A DNA stretch of 64,000 bases from Bacteriovoracia bacterium (GTDB lineage: Bacteria; Bdellovibrionota; UBA1018; CAIPTA01): NCBI GenBank assembly GCA_050246755.1, contig JBFWVL010000006.1, positions 155,743 to 219,742 of the forward strand, read 5' to 3'. Below the pieces are notes generated by a model, which was given only the letters and a program-made list of their open reading frames with translations, was not told where the DNA came from and made no database searches. Below, one piece after another: positions 38,107-47,373 of the stretch. The position numbers and the translations under genes were made by a program. How positions within the stretch are numbered: the stretch's first letter is position 1; every line of letters starts with the position of its first letter.

Positions 38107-38868
38107 TTGGGCAAGGAAGCCAAATTTCCTGACCTGAAAGAAGAAGCACTACTCTGGAACGAGGGTAGTGCTTTTGTTTTTGGGGTAGACGAAGCCGGCC
38201 GAGGCTGTCTTGCCGGGCCCGTTTGCGCCGCCGTTTCTTGCTGGGCTCCTTTTTCCGCGGCCTTGGGCCTGCCGGTTCCCGTGCGCGACTCTAAAGTGAT
38301 GACCCACGAGCAGCGCGAAGCGGCCTTCGAGCCCGTACGCCGTTTTTCGCTCGCCTACGGAGTGGGATTCGCTTCGGCCCAGGAAATCGACCGCTGGAAT
38401 ATCCTGCGCGCGAACCACCTGGCCGTAGCGCGGGCCCTCGAGGGCGCGCTGCAGATGTTGGCGGATCGTAGCGGCTTTGACTTCAGCCAGCTGAAGGAAT
38501 CCCATTTTGCTTTTCTCAGCGATGGCTCGCACCCTTTGGTGGGCCTCTGTGATTTTTTTGTAGCCTCCCCGCAATACGCCCCAGAATTTCCACTGCTGGC
38601 CCAGCTTTGTGAAAAGAAAATTCGCGAGATCTGCATCGTGAAAGGGGATTCCAAGGTGTTCTCGATTGCTAGCGCCTCGGTGCTTGCGAAAGTGAGCCGG
38701 GATCGTTATATGCTGAAGTTGCACGAGCAATACCCGGCCTATGAGTTTGCCAGCCATAAGGGCTACTCCACGGCGATGCATGTCGAGCGCCTGAAGAAAG
38801 TGGGGCCTTGCCCGGAGCATCGTCACTCTTTTGCGCCGGTGCGGGAAACCGCGGAGCTTTTTCCGTAA
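38107..38868 (+). CDS. rnhB: Ribonuclease HII
   Basis: GVDEAGRGCLAGPV, DSK, KGD, ASVLAKVSRD, HKGY, HRHSF. Confidence 0.95.
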   Translation: MGKEAKFPDLKEEALLWNEGSAFVFGVDEAGRGCLAGPVCAAVSCWAPFSAALGLPVPVRDSKVMTHEQREAAFEPVRRFSLAYGVGFASAQEIDRWNILRANHLAVARALEGALQMLADRSGFDFSQLKESHFAFLSDGSHPLVGLCDFFVASPQYAPEFPLLAQLCEKKIREICIVKGDSKVFSIASASVLAKVSRDRYMLKLHEQYPAYEFASHKGYSTAMHVERLKKVGPCPEHRHSFAPVRETAELFP

Positions 38869-38982
38869 GCGCTGAATACCGAACGAGCCGTTGTCCGGAT
38901 TTCTCTCTCCGGGATGAAAAAACTAATTCTTTACCAGGCCTTTTCGAAATTTTTTTTCCCCGCCATTTGCTTCCTTTGTTCC

Positions 38983-39339
38983 ATGAGCACAAAAGAGCTG
39001 GGGCGGAAATCGGAGCTGGTGGCGGAAAAATATCTGATTGCCGAAGGCTATTCGATTTTGGAGAGGAACTATCGCACGCGCCGGGCCGAAATTGATCTGA
39101 TCTGCCGCAAAGGGCGCCACCTTTTGTTCGTGGAAGTAAAAGGACGCACCACCTTCAATCCGGACGAAGCCTGGCTGCCGTTCTGGCGCAAAAAGAAGTG
39201 GAAAATATATGCGGCCGCCAGGGTCTACCTCCGGATGCATCCCGAAATAGGGGAGGAGAGCGATGGTTTTGGCCTGGAAATCCTCTATGTAACACAAGGC
39301 CGTGTAATCGAGCGGTACGATGAGGGGGGATTTTTCTGA
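38983..39339 (+). CDS. yraN: YraN family endonuclease-like protein
   Basis: GYSILERNYR...EIDLI...FVEVKGR; follows rnhB. Confidence 0.9.
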   Translation: MSTKELGRKSELVAEKYLIAEGYSILERNYRTRRAEIDLICRKGRHLLFVEVKGRTTFNPDEAWLPFWRKKKWKIYAAARVYLRMHPEIGEESDGFGLEILYVTQGRVIERYDEGGFF

Positions 39340-39386
39340 GATTGCTGCGCCAACTCGGCTCCGCTACAATAAGACGAGGTGGTAAC

Positions 39387-39830
39387 GTGCAAAAGGTATT
39401 GAGTTTAATCTTAGTCGCCGCAATCTTTCTGTCGAGCCAGGTAAACGCCTTTGCGGCACCCGCGGCGGGAACGGCCGCGCCGGCTGAGCCGCAATCGATC
39501 GGCACCAAGCGAGCGAAAGTGGTCGCGAAGGCGGCAATTTTCGGATTCGGCGGGGGCTTGGTGGTAGGGCTTGCGAGCCAAGTATTTAAGAAAAAATCCA
39601 AGAACGTTTTCCTGTTCGGCTCGCTCGGCATGTACGCCGGTATTTTACTCGGTCTCTACGTGATCAGCACTTCGAAGGCGCCGAGTCCCTACGAGGGGCC
39701 CGACACGTACGAGGATTTTAGCCGCTTAAACCTGCAGCCCGTTACCGGAGCGACCGTAATGGCCAAGCGCGATCGTTTCGCGCCCACGGCGGACCGCCTG
39801 GAAATAAACTTCTTAAAAATTACTTTTTAG
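39387..39830 (+). CDS. Exported/membrane hypothetical protein with glycine-zipper helices
   Basis: GAGGT SD + GTG; signal peptide; GFGGGLVVGLAS and GSLGMYAGILLGLY. Confidence 0.7.
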   Translation: MQKVLSLILVAAIFLSSQVNAFAAPAAGTAAPAEPQSIGTKRAKVVAKAAIFGFGGGLVVGLASQVFKKKSKNVFLFGSLGMYAGILLGLYVISTSKAPSPYEGPDTYEDFSRLNLQPVTGATVMAKRDRFAPTADRLEINFLKITF

Positions 39831-40026
39831 TTCTCGTCTTGCCGGCGATCCAGAGGGAGATCAGGAGCGCGGCTTTCTTCGATGCTTTGGGATTTTCGAG
39901 GATATGTGACTGAATCTTGTCGCGCAGTTGCTCGGCCGCCGCTTTGTCTACGCGCAGCCGAGACTGGGGATCCGTTGCCCCGGGAAATACTTTGTAGTCG
40001 TTAGATTTCTTCTTCGCAACGGACAT
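39820..40026 (-). CDS. Small hypothetical protein
   Basis: 68-aa ORF co-oriented with the upstream gene. Confidence 0.55.
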   Translation of the reverse strand: MSVAKKKSNDYKVFPGATDPQSRLRVDKAAAEQLRDKIQSHILENPKASKKAALLISLWIAGKTRTKK

Positions 40027-40035
40027 AAAAATTAT

Positions 40036-40242
40036 TTAGGCCGCGCGGCGCTTGCCGGAGCGAGGCGCCTGATCGTCGGACTGCATTTCTTCGATTTTTG
40101 CTTTGGCCTGCGAAGGGTCCACTTTGGAGGCGAAGCATTCGCCGCTTACTTCGGTGAAGGCGTACCAATCGTTTCCTAGTTTTTGGTAGAGAACGTGGTT
40201 AAGGCTGTAGTCACCGGTTTTGAATTTTGATTTTCTTTTCAT
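40036..40242 (-). CDS. Small conserved hypothetical protein
   Basis: AGGAGGAG SD; VLYQKLGNDWYAFTEV. Confidence 0.7.
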   Translation of the reverse strand: MKRKSKFKTGDYSLNHVLYQKLGNDWYAFTEVSGECFASKVDPSQAKAKIEEMQSDDQAPRSGKRRAA

Positions 40243-40287
40243 AAGTACTCCTCCTGAGTGCCGTTGGTTGTTCTCGAGATGTCTAAC

Positions 40288-40314
40288 TCTTCGACACTTG
40301 GCAGAGGAAATTGA
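40288..40314 (-). promoter_or_regulatory. Possible sigma28-type promoter
   Basis: TCAA-N15-GTCGAAGA upstream of 40242. Confidence 0.4.
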
Positions 40315-40335
40315 GGAAAAAAATGGCAGGTAAGA

Positions 40336-40378
40336 AAAAAAATTGGGCGGGAGAGGAGGCTCTCCCACCCAATTTTTT
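40336..40378 (-). terminator. Terminator downstream of ssb
   Basis: AAAAAATTGGGCGGGAGAG...CTCTCCCACCCAATTTTTT hairpin with A/T flanks. Confidence 0.75.
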
Positions 40379-40790
40379 ACTGGGCTAATGCCGGGGTTTC
40401 GGAGACGTTCGATACCGAATCGTTAACCTCGGTTTTTTCCCGGCGTCCCATGGTTAGGAATCGGATATCGTCCACTAGGATCTCGGCCGATTTCCTGGGC
40501 TTTCCCTCCTTGTCTACCCAATCCTTGAGCTCCAGCTGGCCTTCTACATAAACGCTCGCACCTTTGCCCAAGTATTTAGCGCAGCTTTCGGCCCTCTTCC
40601 CCCATACCGTGGCCCGGTGCCAATAGGTTTTCTCCTCTTTCTCCCCGGCCGCGTTTTTCATTCCGCGGCTGGTGGCGAGAGAGAAAGTGGTGACGGCGTT
40701 CCCTTTTGCCGTGTAGCGCAGCTCGGGGTCATGCCCCAAATTTCCTACTACGATCACTTTGCTTACGTTTCCTTTACTCATACTTTTCAT
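40377..40790 (-). CDS. ssb: Single-stranded DNA-binding protein (lacks the acidic DDDIPF tail)
   Basis: KVIVVGNLGHDPELRYT, WHRATVWGK, KGASVYVEG. Confidence 0.92.
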   Translation of the reverse strand: MKSMSKGNVSKVIVVGNLGHDPELRYTAKGNAVTTFSLATSRGMKNAAGEKEEKTYWHRATVWGKRAESCAKYLGKGASVYVEGQLELKDWVDKEGKPRKSAEILVDDIRFLTMGRREKTEVNDSVSNVSETPALAQ

Positions 40791-40909
40791 TCTCCAGGTT
40801 CGCGGTTTAGCCCGCGCTGTCCTCTAGCAGGAAAACGGCCCACCTCCACCCGGGATAAATGGGGGAACTAACTACGCTAAATCTCAGGGAGTCCGGAAAG
40901 CGAATCCTT

Positions 40910-40937
40910 TCAAGGCGGATTCCGGACTTGTCGATAG
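40910..40937 (+). promoter_or_regulatory. Sigma28-type promoter
   Basis: TCAA-N16-GTCGATAG. Confidence 0.55.
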
Positions 40938-40943
40938 ATGGGC

Positions 40944-41792
40944 ATGATGATGCAAGTTTTAGCCCTCCTTTTCGCTCTCGCGCCCACGCTCGCTTTAGCC
41001 GAAGCCGGCCGGCGCTGTGAAAAACCCGCCAAAGAAGAGCCGGTAGTTTATTCCAATGAGTTTCACTGGGGGCAAAACCGCAGCGATATGCAGAAAAATT
41101 TTGAGATGATTTACGAAAGCGGTAAGCGCCTGCTCGGCCGTGCTTACTACAACGAAGCGAGCCATGGTTACGAAATGAGCGCGCCTTACGGGGTGGTGAA
41201 GGTGGATCCAAAATTCATCGCCAGCGTTACCCGCCACCTCGAAATTTCCCTCCAGCGTGGCTACGCCGAGCAGATTTTTTTCCCCGACATGGGCCATTCG
41301 CATTTTTATATTCCGGAAAAAGAGTGGCCCGCCCTCGCCGCCGAACAGAGCCGCAGCAAGCTCTATGAAAAGCTCTTCGCCCTGCGTTCCCTGAAAATCC
41401 TCTACCATACCGCCGAGCAGCTCCAGGTGAAGCCGGGAGAGCGCAGCGAAGGGCCTTTCCCCCAGGATCCTGTTTTGCTATGGCGCTACTTCAGCCGTAA
41501 CGTTTTCGCCGACAATAACGGCGGAGAAAACGTGGGCATTCTATTTCGCGGCCCCCAAGGCTATAACTCGGTGGGTGAAGTGGAAGGCTATAACCTGTAC
41601 AGCGCGGGATTCTACGTGAGCGCCAGCAAAGATGGTTGCTTCCCTTATTCCTTCAAGGGCAAAACCTACTATTTCGACCTCGCGATCGAGGAAATGCCCT
41701 ACGATAATTCCAAAGGCGAAGAGGGATCGAGGAAGAGCATCTTTGCCGAAAAGAAAAGCGCGCGCGTTCCCGCTTCCACGAAAAAGAAATAA
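40944..41792 (+). CDS. Secreted hypothetical protein
   Basis: Signal peptide ending ALA; FPDMGHSH and LYHTAEQL motifs. Confidence 0.75.
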   Translation: MMMQVLALLFALAPTLALAEAGRRCEKPAKEEPVVYSNEFHWGQNRSDMQKNFEMIYESGKRLLGRAYYNEASHGYEMSAPYGVVKVDPKFIASVTRHLEISLQRGYAEQIFFPDMGHSHFYIPEKEWPALAAEQSRSKLYEKLFALRSLKILYHTAEQLQVKPGERSEGPFPQDPVLLWRYFSRNVFADNNGGENVGILFRGPQGYNSVGEVEGYNLYSAGFYVSASKDGCFPYSFKGKTYYFDLAIEEMPYDNSKGEEGSRKSIFAEKKSARVPASTKKK

Positions 41793-44693
41793 CTAGCGAA
41801 CGCTGCCTTGGCTAGGCTGCGCGATCATCGGCCCGATCGAGCCCACGTTTAATCCAAAGGTAAACATTGCCTCGCCCCCGTAGCGCTTTGTGAATCCGTA
41901 GTGCAGCCCGGTCGCGAGCGACACCGGAATATGGTAGAGCATCGATCCCTGCACGAGGAAATCCGTGCCTACGCCCGCGATTCCCGTTCGCAGGTATTTT
42001 TTGGCCTCGTAGTATCGGAAAATCCCGTCGCGGTAGCGCGCGGTATAGTTGGCGGTGCCGGCGTCGGCAAGAAAGCGGAAGCCGAGCGTCTCGAAAAATA
42101 CCGGTCCGGTGCCGAGCCCGCGGTAGAGATGCGCTACGGGAAACGAGTAGGCGAGATTTACCGTGGCGATTCTTTGGCCGAACAAAACATCGGTGGGATA
42201 GCCGCGCACCACGAAACCGGAGCTCGAGAGCGCGGAAGGCCCGCCGCCCTGGTAGTAGTTGGAGGCCAGGATCGAATTCGTGGTGATTCCCGCCATGGCC
42301 ACGAAACCCACGCTATGCGAAGGATGAAAGCCCTTCATGTAGAGTGCCAGGGAAGGGCGCAGATCAGCGAAGAAATTCTCGTTGCGTGCGCTGGGGTAGA
42401 GCCCCGTATATAAATTAATCGCGTGGCCAAAATTAGGCGCGATGGCCGACGCTGTTTTTCCCAGCTCCGTGTGATTGAAGTTCTGGTACACGAGCGTATT
42501 TTGCCCGCGCAAACCGAAGAGCGTTCTCTCCTGAAAAGCCGCGCCGAAGGAAAACGCGGACTCGCCGATCGGTACCGTGGCCTGAGCCGAATAGCTGGCG
42601 GAGCGATTGGAGGTGCGTGTTCCCGAGAAGTAATCGTTGATCTGGTTTGCCTGCACGAACAGATTCACCACGTTGGAGCGGTTCTGATAATAGGCCAGGT
42701 AGGTGGGAAAACGCGCGCGTGTATCGTACTGCGCAGTGAGCCCGTAACGATGGTATTCGAGGGGGTCATTTCCCGAGGTGGAAGCGCCGATCAAGGTACC
42801 ATCGCGCGCGGCGATGATGTTCGGCAGCCAGTACTGGGGCCAGAGGGAAGTTGCCGGAGTAGACATGGCGTTGTAGGGGACCACGGGCGAATTGTCCAGT
42901 GGGGCTTCCACCGGCTGGGGCTTGGTGCCGCTTAGAAACTCATGTAGATCTTCTTTTTCCCGGCGCAGGGTGGCCGGAAAATCTTTCGCCTCGGCGCGCG
43001 CTAGGTCCAGTCCATTGAGTCCGTAGCTTGCGTAGACCAGGGTTTTTCCGTCGGCGAGCAGAACCGGGCGATCCAAGAATCCCGAATCGCCTTCCGCTAC
43101 TTTGCGGGTCCGTTTGGCTTTCGGATCGTACCGGTATAAATCCTGGGTACTGCGGTCATAGGCGGCGGCAAAGTAGATGCTGCCGTCTTCGGCGAGAAAA
43201 GGATTTCTTTCGAACACGTGCTTGGAATCCATTCCGGGAAAAGCACGTTCCGTTTTCCCATTCGCCAGCGAGAGCGACTGAATTCTTTCTTGGCCGTTAT
43301 TCGTGTGCAGGGAAAACAGGGCTCGGTCTCCCCGCGCGTAAAGGCCCGCGATGCGCTCGAGTGGCTTCCCGGCAAACAGTTCCTCTTCCTTATCGGTATC
43401 CAAATAGCGGCGTACCACCGCCATGCTGGTATCGGGGCGCGTCTTAACGTAAAGCAATTCCTGATCGTTCACGAAGGCGGGATCACGAAGCCGGGCTCCA
43501 TCCGTGAGCTGGCGCGTGGATTTTTTCTCGCTGTCCCACAAATAAATATCGCTGAAAAAATAGTCGAGGCCATAACGATCAAAGGCGGCGAACGCCACCA
43601 GCTTTCCGCTTGGGGAAACTGCCACTTGCGTGGGGCCGGTTTCATTCTTTTGCCACAAGCGCTCCACTTTGCCTTCGCCGCAGGGTGCGTCGGCGCGCAC
43701 GCGCGCGAGGTGCTGGCCGTAATTCCAGTCGAGCTCGGAGAAATAAATCCAGCCGTCGGCAGAAATCGCGTGGCCGCCGGTGAAGGCGCCCGATTTGGTG
43801 AGCAAGCATTGCGATGCCAGCGGCGCGGGCTTGCCATATCTTTCCTGCAAGCGATAGGGGGCGTTCGCCCAGATTGAAAACCAGCTCCGCCCGATTAATT
43901 CTTCCACCGATTGGTTGGGCGAGAAGGGAAAATTTTCCGCGTTCGCGCGGGCCACGCTGCCGGGAAGCCCCGGCGTCTCTTTGCTCGGTAAAGCCTGAAT
44001 CGTATACCCCATCAGGTACGCCATATTTCCCGTGGGCCACCAGGGATTCCCGTCGTTGAAGCGATCAATCGACGTATAGCTCTTGCTCGTGAGCATCTCC
44101 TCCCGCACTGCCGTGCGCAGCATTGCCTCGAGCATCGGAGAGCGCCCGCGCCCGCCGTCGGTATGCTCCGTTTCTTCGAATACCGCCAAGCCTTCGGCCA
44201 GCCACGAAGGCTCGAGCCCATTCGGTTTTACCCACGAGCCGAAGATCGACCGGAAGAACGAATAAATTCCCGGCGACTCATCGTTCGAAACGATATGCGT
44301 GAGTTCATGCGTTGCCAGTTCGTTCACCCAATTTACGTAATGGGAAAGCAGGGAATCGGATTCGAAGGCCATCGAGTACACTTCGATATGCGTGTTTGGG
44401 AAGTTTACCGCCATGCCGTTCGCCGAATCCGAAGGATCCATGATCACGATATCGATCGGCTTATGCTTCACTTCCCAGTGCATGTCCTTTTCCAGCAACG
44501 GCAATCCGCGCTCCAGCGCCCTCGTGAAAGCGCGCGCGTAAATTTCCAGCGGCGCCGTATGATGCACCCGGAAATTGGGACTCATCAGCGTGAACCAAGT
44601 TTCCCCGGAAGGAGCGCCAGCCTGCGCGAAAATAGGCCATAGAATAGATAGCAAAAAGATTGGCAAAAATCGGATGAGGAGCATAGCATTCAA
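41793..44693 (-). CDS. Large exported protein: gluzincin-like peptidase domain + beta-propeller + probable outer-membrane barrel
   Basis: HELTH...WLAEGLA; TolB-like repeats (SPSGKLVAF, RDPAF, RNPF); C-terminal VRGYP typical of Omp85 barrels. Confidence 0.8.
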   Translation of the reverse strand: MNAMLLIRFLPIFLLSILWPIFAQAGAPSGETWFTLMSPNFRVHHTAPLEIYARAFTRALERGLPLLEKDMHWEVKHKPIDIVIMDPSDSANGMAVNFPNTHIEVYSMAFESDSLLSHYVNWVNELATHELTHIVSNDESPGIYSFFRSIFGSWVKPNGLEPSWLAEGLAVFEETEHTDGGRGRSPMLEAMLRTAVREEMLTSKSYTSIDRFNDGNPWWPTGNMAYLMGYTIQALPSKETPGLPGSVARANAENFPFSPNQSVEELIGRSWFSIWANAPYRLQERYGKPAPLASQCLLTKSGAFTGGHAISADGWIYFSELDWNYGQHLARVRADAPCGEGKVERLWQKNETGPTQVAVSPSGKLVAFAAFDRYGLDYFFSDIYLWDSEKKSTRQLTDGARLRDPAFVNDQELLYVKTRPDTSMAVVRRYLDTDKEEELFAGKPLERIAGLYARGDRALFSLHTNNGQERIQSLSLANGKTERAFPGMDSKHVFERNPFLAEDGSIYFAAAYDRSTQDLYRYDPKAKRTRKVAEGDSGFLDRPVLLADGKTLVYASYGLNGLDLARAEAKDFPATLRREKEDLHEFLSGTKPQPVEAPLDNSPVVPYNAMSTPATSLWPQYWLPNIIAARDGTLIGASTSGNDPLEYHRYGLTAQYDTRARFPTYLAYYQNRSNVVNLFVQANQINDYFSGTRTSNRSASYSAQATVPIGESAFSFGAAFQERTLFGLRGQNTLVYQNFNHTELGKTASAIAPNFGHAINLYTGLYPSARNENFFADLRPSLALYMKGFHPSHSVGFVAMAGITTNSILASNYYQGGGPSALSSSGFVVRGYPTDVLFGQRIATVNLAYSFPVAHLYRGLGTGPVFFETLGFRFLADAGTANYTARYRDGIFRYYEAKKYLRTGIAGVGTDFLVQGSMLYHIPVSLATGLHYGFTKRYGGEAMFTFGLNVGSIGPMIAQPSQGSVR

Positions 44694-44703
44694 CTCTAAC
44701 GTT

Positions 44704-45528
44704 ATGATTCCTTATCCGCAAATCGATCCCGTGATCTTCCACCTCGGACCAATCGCTCCCCGCTGGTACGGGATGATGTATTTGCTGGGCTTCCTCTATA
44801 TCTTTCACCTCCTGAAAAAGAATGCACGCTGGCTGGGCTTCGAGCCAGAGAAGGCCGATTCCATTCTCGCTACCATGGTGCTCGGCCTCATCGTTTGCGC
44901 CCGTCTTGTGTACGTAATTTTTTATAATCTGGAAGGCACCCTCGAGGGCCCTTGGTGGGAAGTATTCGCGGTGTGGCACGGCGGGTTAGCCTTTCATGGC
45001 GGCTTCGCTGGAACCATGCTGGCCGGGATCTACGTTTCGAAGAAATATAATATCCGCTGGTTGAAGCTCTGCGACGTAGTTTCTATGGGCGCCCCGGTGG
45101 GTCTCGGCCTTGGCCGCATCGCCAATTTCATTAATTCCGAGCTCTGGGGGCGCACCACCGATGTGCCTTGGGCTATGATTTTCCCCAATGGCGGCCCTCA
45201 TCCTCGTCATCCTTCGCAGCTCTACGAATCTTTTCTGGAGGGCCTCGTGCTCTTTGTGATTCTTCAGCTCATCTGGCGCACCAAACCCAGGGTAGGGGTG
45301 ATCTCCGGCGCCTTTATGTTCCTCTATGCCTGCTTCCGCATCGCGATGGAATTTTTCCGCGAGCCCGACGCCCAAGTGGGCTACCTCTGGTTCGGAATCA
45401 CCATGGGACAAATACTCAGCAGCGTGATGTTCATCGGGGGCGCCATTCTTCTCTGGCATTCTCTGACGCGCGGCGCACCTCACGATGCTTCGCCGCAGCA
45501 GAATCTTTCCAAAAAGAAACGCGCCTAA
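44704..45528 (+). CDS. lgt: Prolipoprotein diacylglyceryl transferase
   Basis: RWYGMMY, GGLAFHGG, GRIANFINSELWGR, RHPSQLYE, EFFREPD. Confidence 0.98.
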   Translation: MIPYPQIDPVIFHLGPIAPRWYGMMYLLGFLYIFHLLKKNARWLGFEPEKADSILATMVLGLIVCARLVYVIFYNLEGTLEGPWWEVFAVWHGGLAFHGGFAGTMLAGIYVSKKYNIRWLKLCDVVSMGAPVGLGLGRIANFINSELWGRTTDVPWAMIFPNGGPHPRHPSQLYESFLEGLVLFVILQLIWRTKPRVGVISGAFMFLYACFRIAMEFFREPDAQVGYLWFGITMGQILSSVMFIGGAILLWHSLTRGAPHDASPQQNLSKKKRA

Positions 45529-45614
45529 TACCGACCAAAAGGATTTCAATTTCTCCGTTGCTCTGGTAATTCTAGTGGCTCTTCAGGGAGCACCGTTCCC
45601 TGAATATCTTGTGT

Positions 45615-45690
45615 GCCCAGATAGCTCAGTCGGTAGAGCAACGCCCTGAAAAGGCGTGTGTCGGCAGTTCGATTCTGTCTCTGGGCACCA
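45615..45690 (+). tRNA. tRNA-Phe(GAA)
   Basis: 76-nt cloverleaf; anticodon arm ACGCC-CTGAAAA-GGCGT; CCA end. Confidence 0.97.
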
Positions 45691-45732
45691 TTATCAAACT
45701 TTAATCCCAAAAATTTAAATAGTTAGCTTGGC

Positions 45733-45764
45733 GACCGCCGACATTTTATGTCGGTGGTGTCGGC
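45733..45764. repeat. 32-bp motif 43 nt after the tRNA-Phe CCA (copy 1)
   Basis: GACCGCCGACATTTTATGTCGGTGGTGTCGGC; internal inverted repeat; 25/32 identical to 54767-54798. Confidence 0.7.
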
Positions 45765-45915
45765 AGGCTAGCCTTTGCTGTTTTTCAAGTGAAGAAAAAC
45801 ACCTGACGATTTCCACTATAGGTAAGGGCCCCTCGTTTTCTAATCCGTAGAAAATGTACTCTTTCCTTTCCTTTCTACGTCGATTTATCAGCCTCAATAA
45901 ATTCTTCTTCCTTAG

Positions 45916-46389
45916 GTGCCAGATATGCCCGAACGTTCTAAAGAGTCCGAATTGGGGGTAATCGCAGTTGTTTGCATCTTAATTGCAGCAAACTTCGAGA
46001 AGATTTTACCGCTACTAGAGAAACTCCTTCTCTATATAATTTATCTAAGCGCTACTTTAGTTAGCGTTTGGCTACTTTTCCTGACTGTAAGGAGATTTGT
46101 CGGATTTCTCTCTCGCAAATGGAAGGAGCTTTGGGCATGGGTGGAAAAAGTTAACTCTTCCTTAGCCGCCCTAGAGGATTCCGCTAAGAAGACTAGTACC
46201 GATTTCACGGCAATGCGGAATTGGAGGCAGCACGCAAATGCAAATTTCCAAGAACTGAATGCCAATTTAAAGAAACTCCAAGATTACGTGGCAACGTTAA
46301 AGGCAGAGAATCGACTCTCGTACTCTAGCGACAAAAAGAATCAGGCAGAAGATCCTACTGCCGCCGCCGTTGAATCCATTTCAGAGTGA
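45916..46389 (+). CDS. Membrane-anchored coiled-coil hypothetical protein
   Basis: Two N-terminal hydrophobic segments followed by a heptad-like helix. Confidence 0.65.
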   Translation: MPDMPERSKESELGVIAVVCILIAANFEKILPLLEKLLLYIIYLSATLVSVWLLFLTVRRFVGFLSRKWKELWAWVEKVNSSLAALEDSAKKTSTDFTAMRNWRQHANANFQELNANLKKLQDYVATLKAENRLSYSSDKKNQAEDPTAAAVESISE

Positions 46390-46392
46390 CCA

Positions 46393-47184
46393 ATGAAGCT
46401 AGAACTTACGAAAAGAGATTTTTTTCTTTTTGAGCAACTATGTTCCTACGGACTGCTCAGTACTAATCAAATAAAGAGGCTGACCTTTTCAGGCATAGAT
46501 GAGTCAATTGCGCTCAGGCGCCTTAGGCGGCTGCGCACTGCCGGCTATCTTTGTGCTCATTCAGGATTGGGCAGGGGACTCTTGGTCTGGACGGTAGCGA
46601 AGAAGGCTTTAGACCGGATTTGCAGCGATTCGGGTGCGATCACCATCAATCGGCATACCCTAGAGCACGACCTACTACTTTCCGAAATACGAATGCGAAT
46701 GGAAAAAAATGGAATGGGAGCGCATTGGAAGAATAGTTTTTTCTTGAAACAAAAGGCTGCCAAAAGCAAATCGACCCATGCCAAGCAGATTCCCGATTTG
46801 TTGTTTGCCATTCAAGCTGTTCAGAAGCCTAAAGTAGTCGCAGTTGAGCTGGAAAACGTACAGAAGTCGAAGCGCAGATATAAGGCAATTCTGGAAAACT
46901 ATGCGTCCCGGCCTGAACTCCACATTCTTTGGTACATCGTTCCGTCGAGACGCTTAGGGGAATTTCTTATAAATGAATATACCGGCGATCTGGTCCATTC
47001 GCCAAAGCTCTACTATAGCTTGCTAAGCGATGTGATTGACGAAGCTAAGGCCATCATACTGAGGGGAGCTGGGGGCAACCTAGAACTTAGTAGGCCGAAG
47101 AGGACGGGTGCCCTGGGTGCTGACCAGGAAGAGGGCAGGGCTGCACCTTCCGAACCAGAAATACTTACCTTAGATTCGCAATAA
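46393..47184 (+). CDS. Replication-relaxation (Replic_Relax / MOB-L-like) protein
   Basis: LTKRDFFLF...STNQI...RRLRRL...GYL; LEHD; PDLLF...AVELENVQKSKRRY. Confidence 0.75.
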   Translation: MKLELTKRDFFLFEQLCSYGLLSTNQIKRLTFSGIDESIALRRLRRLRTAGYLCAHSGLGRGLLVWTVAKKALDRICSDSGAITINRHTLEHDLLLSEIRMRMEKNGMGAHWKNSFFLKQKAAKSKSTHAKQIPDLLFAIQAVQKPKVVAVELENVQKSKRRYKAILENYASRPELHILWYIVPSRRLGEFLINEYTGDLVHSPKLYYSLLSDVIDEAKAIILRGAGGNLELSRPKRTGALGADQEEGRAAPSEPEILTLDSQ

Positions 47185-47373
47185 GAAAGCGCTTTTCGCT
47201 CTGTTTAGCTAGCGATCAGAATAAAAGCGATTGACTACTATCATGCGTATTTTTAATACGCGCCAGATATCTAAGCTTGGCCACTCACGTCTATTTCTTT
47301 GATTGCGCAAATGCACATAAGTTTTCCTCAATAGGCTCTGGACTTCTTTTCAAAAGGAAGGGTTCCTTTCTGT

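Noticed and set aside
37378-38826. 227-aa and 225-aa minus-strand ORFs
   Set aside because: Antisense to rplS and rnhB
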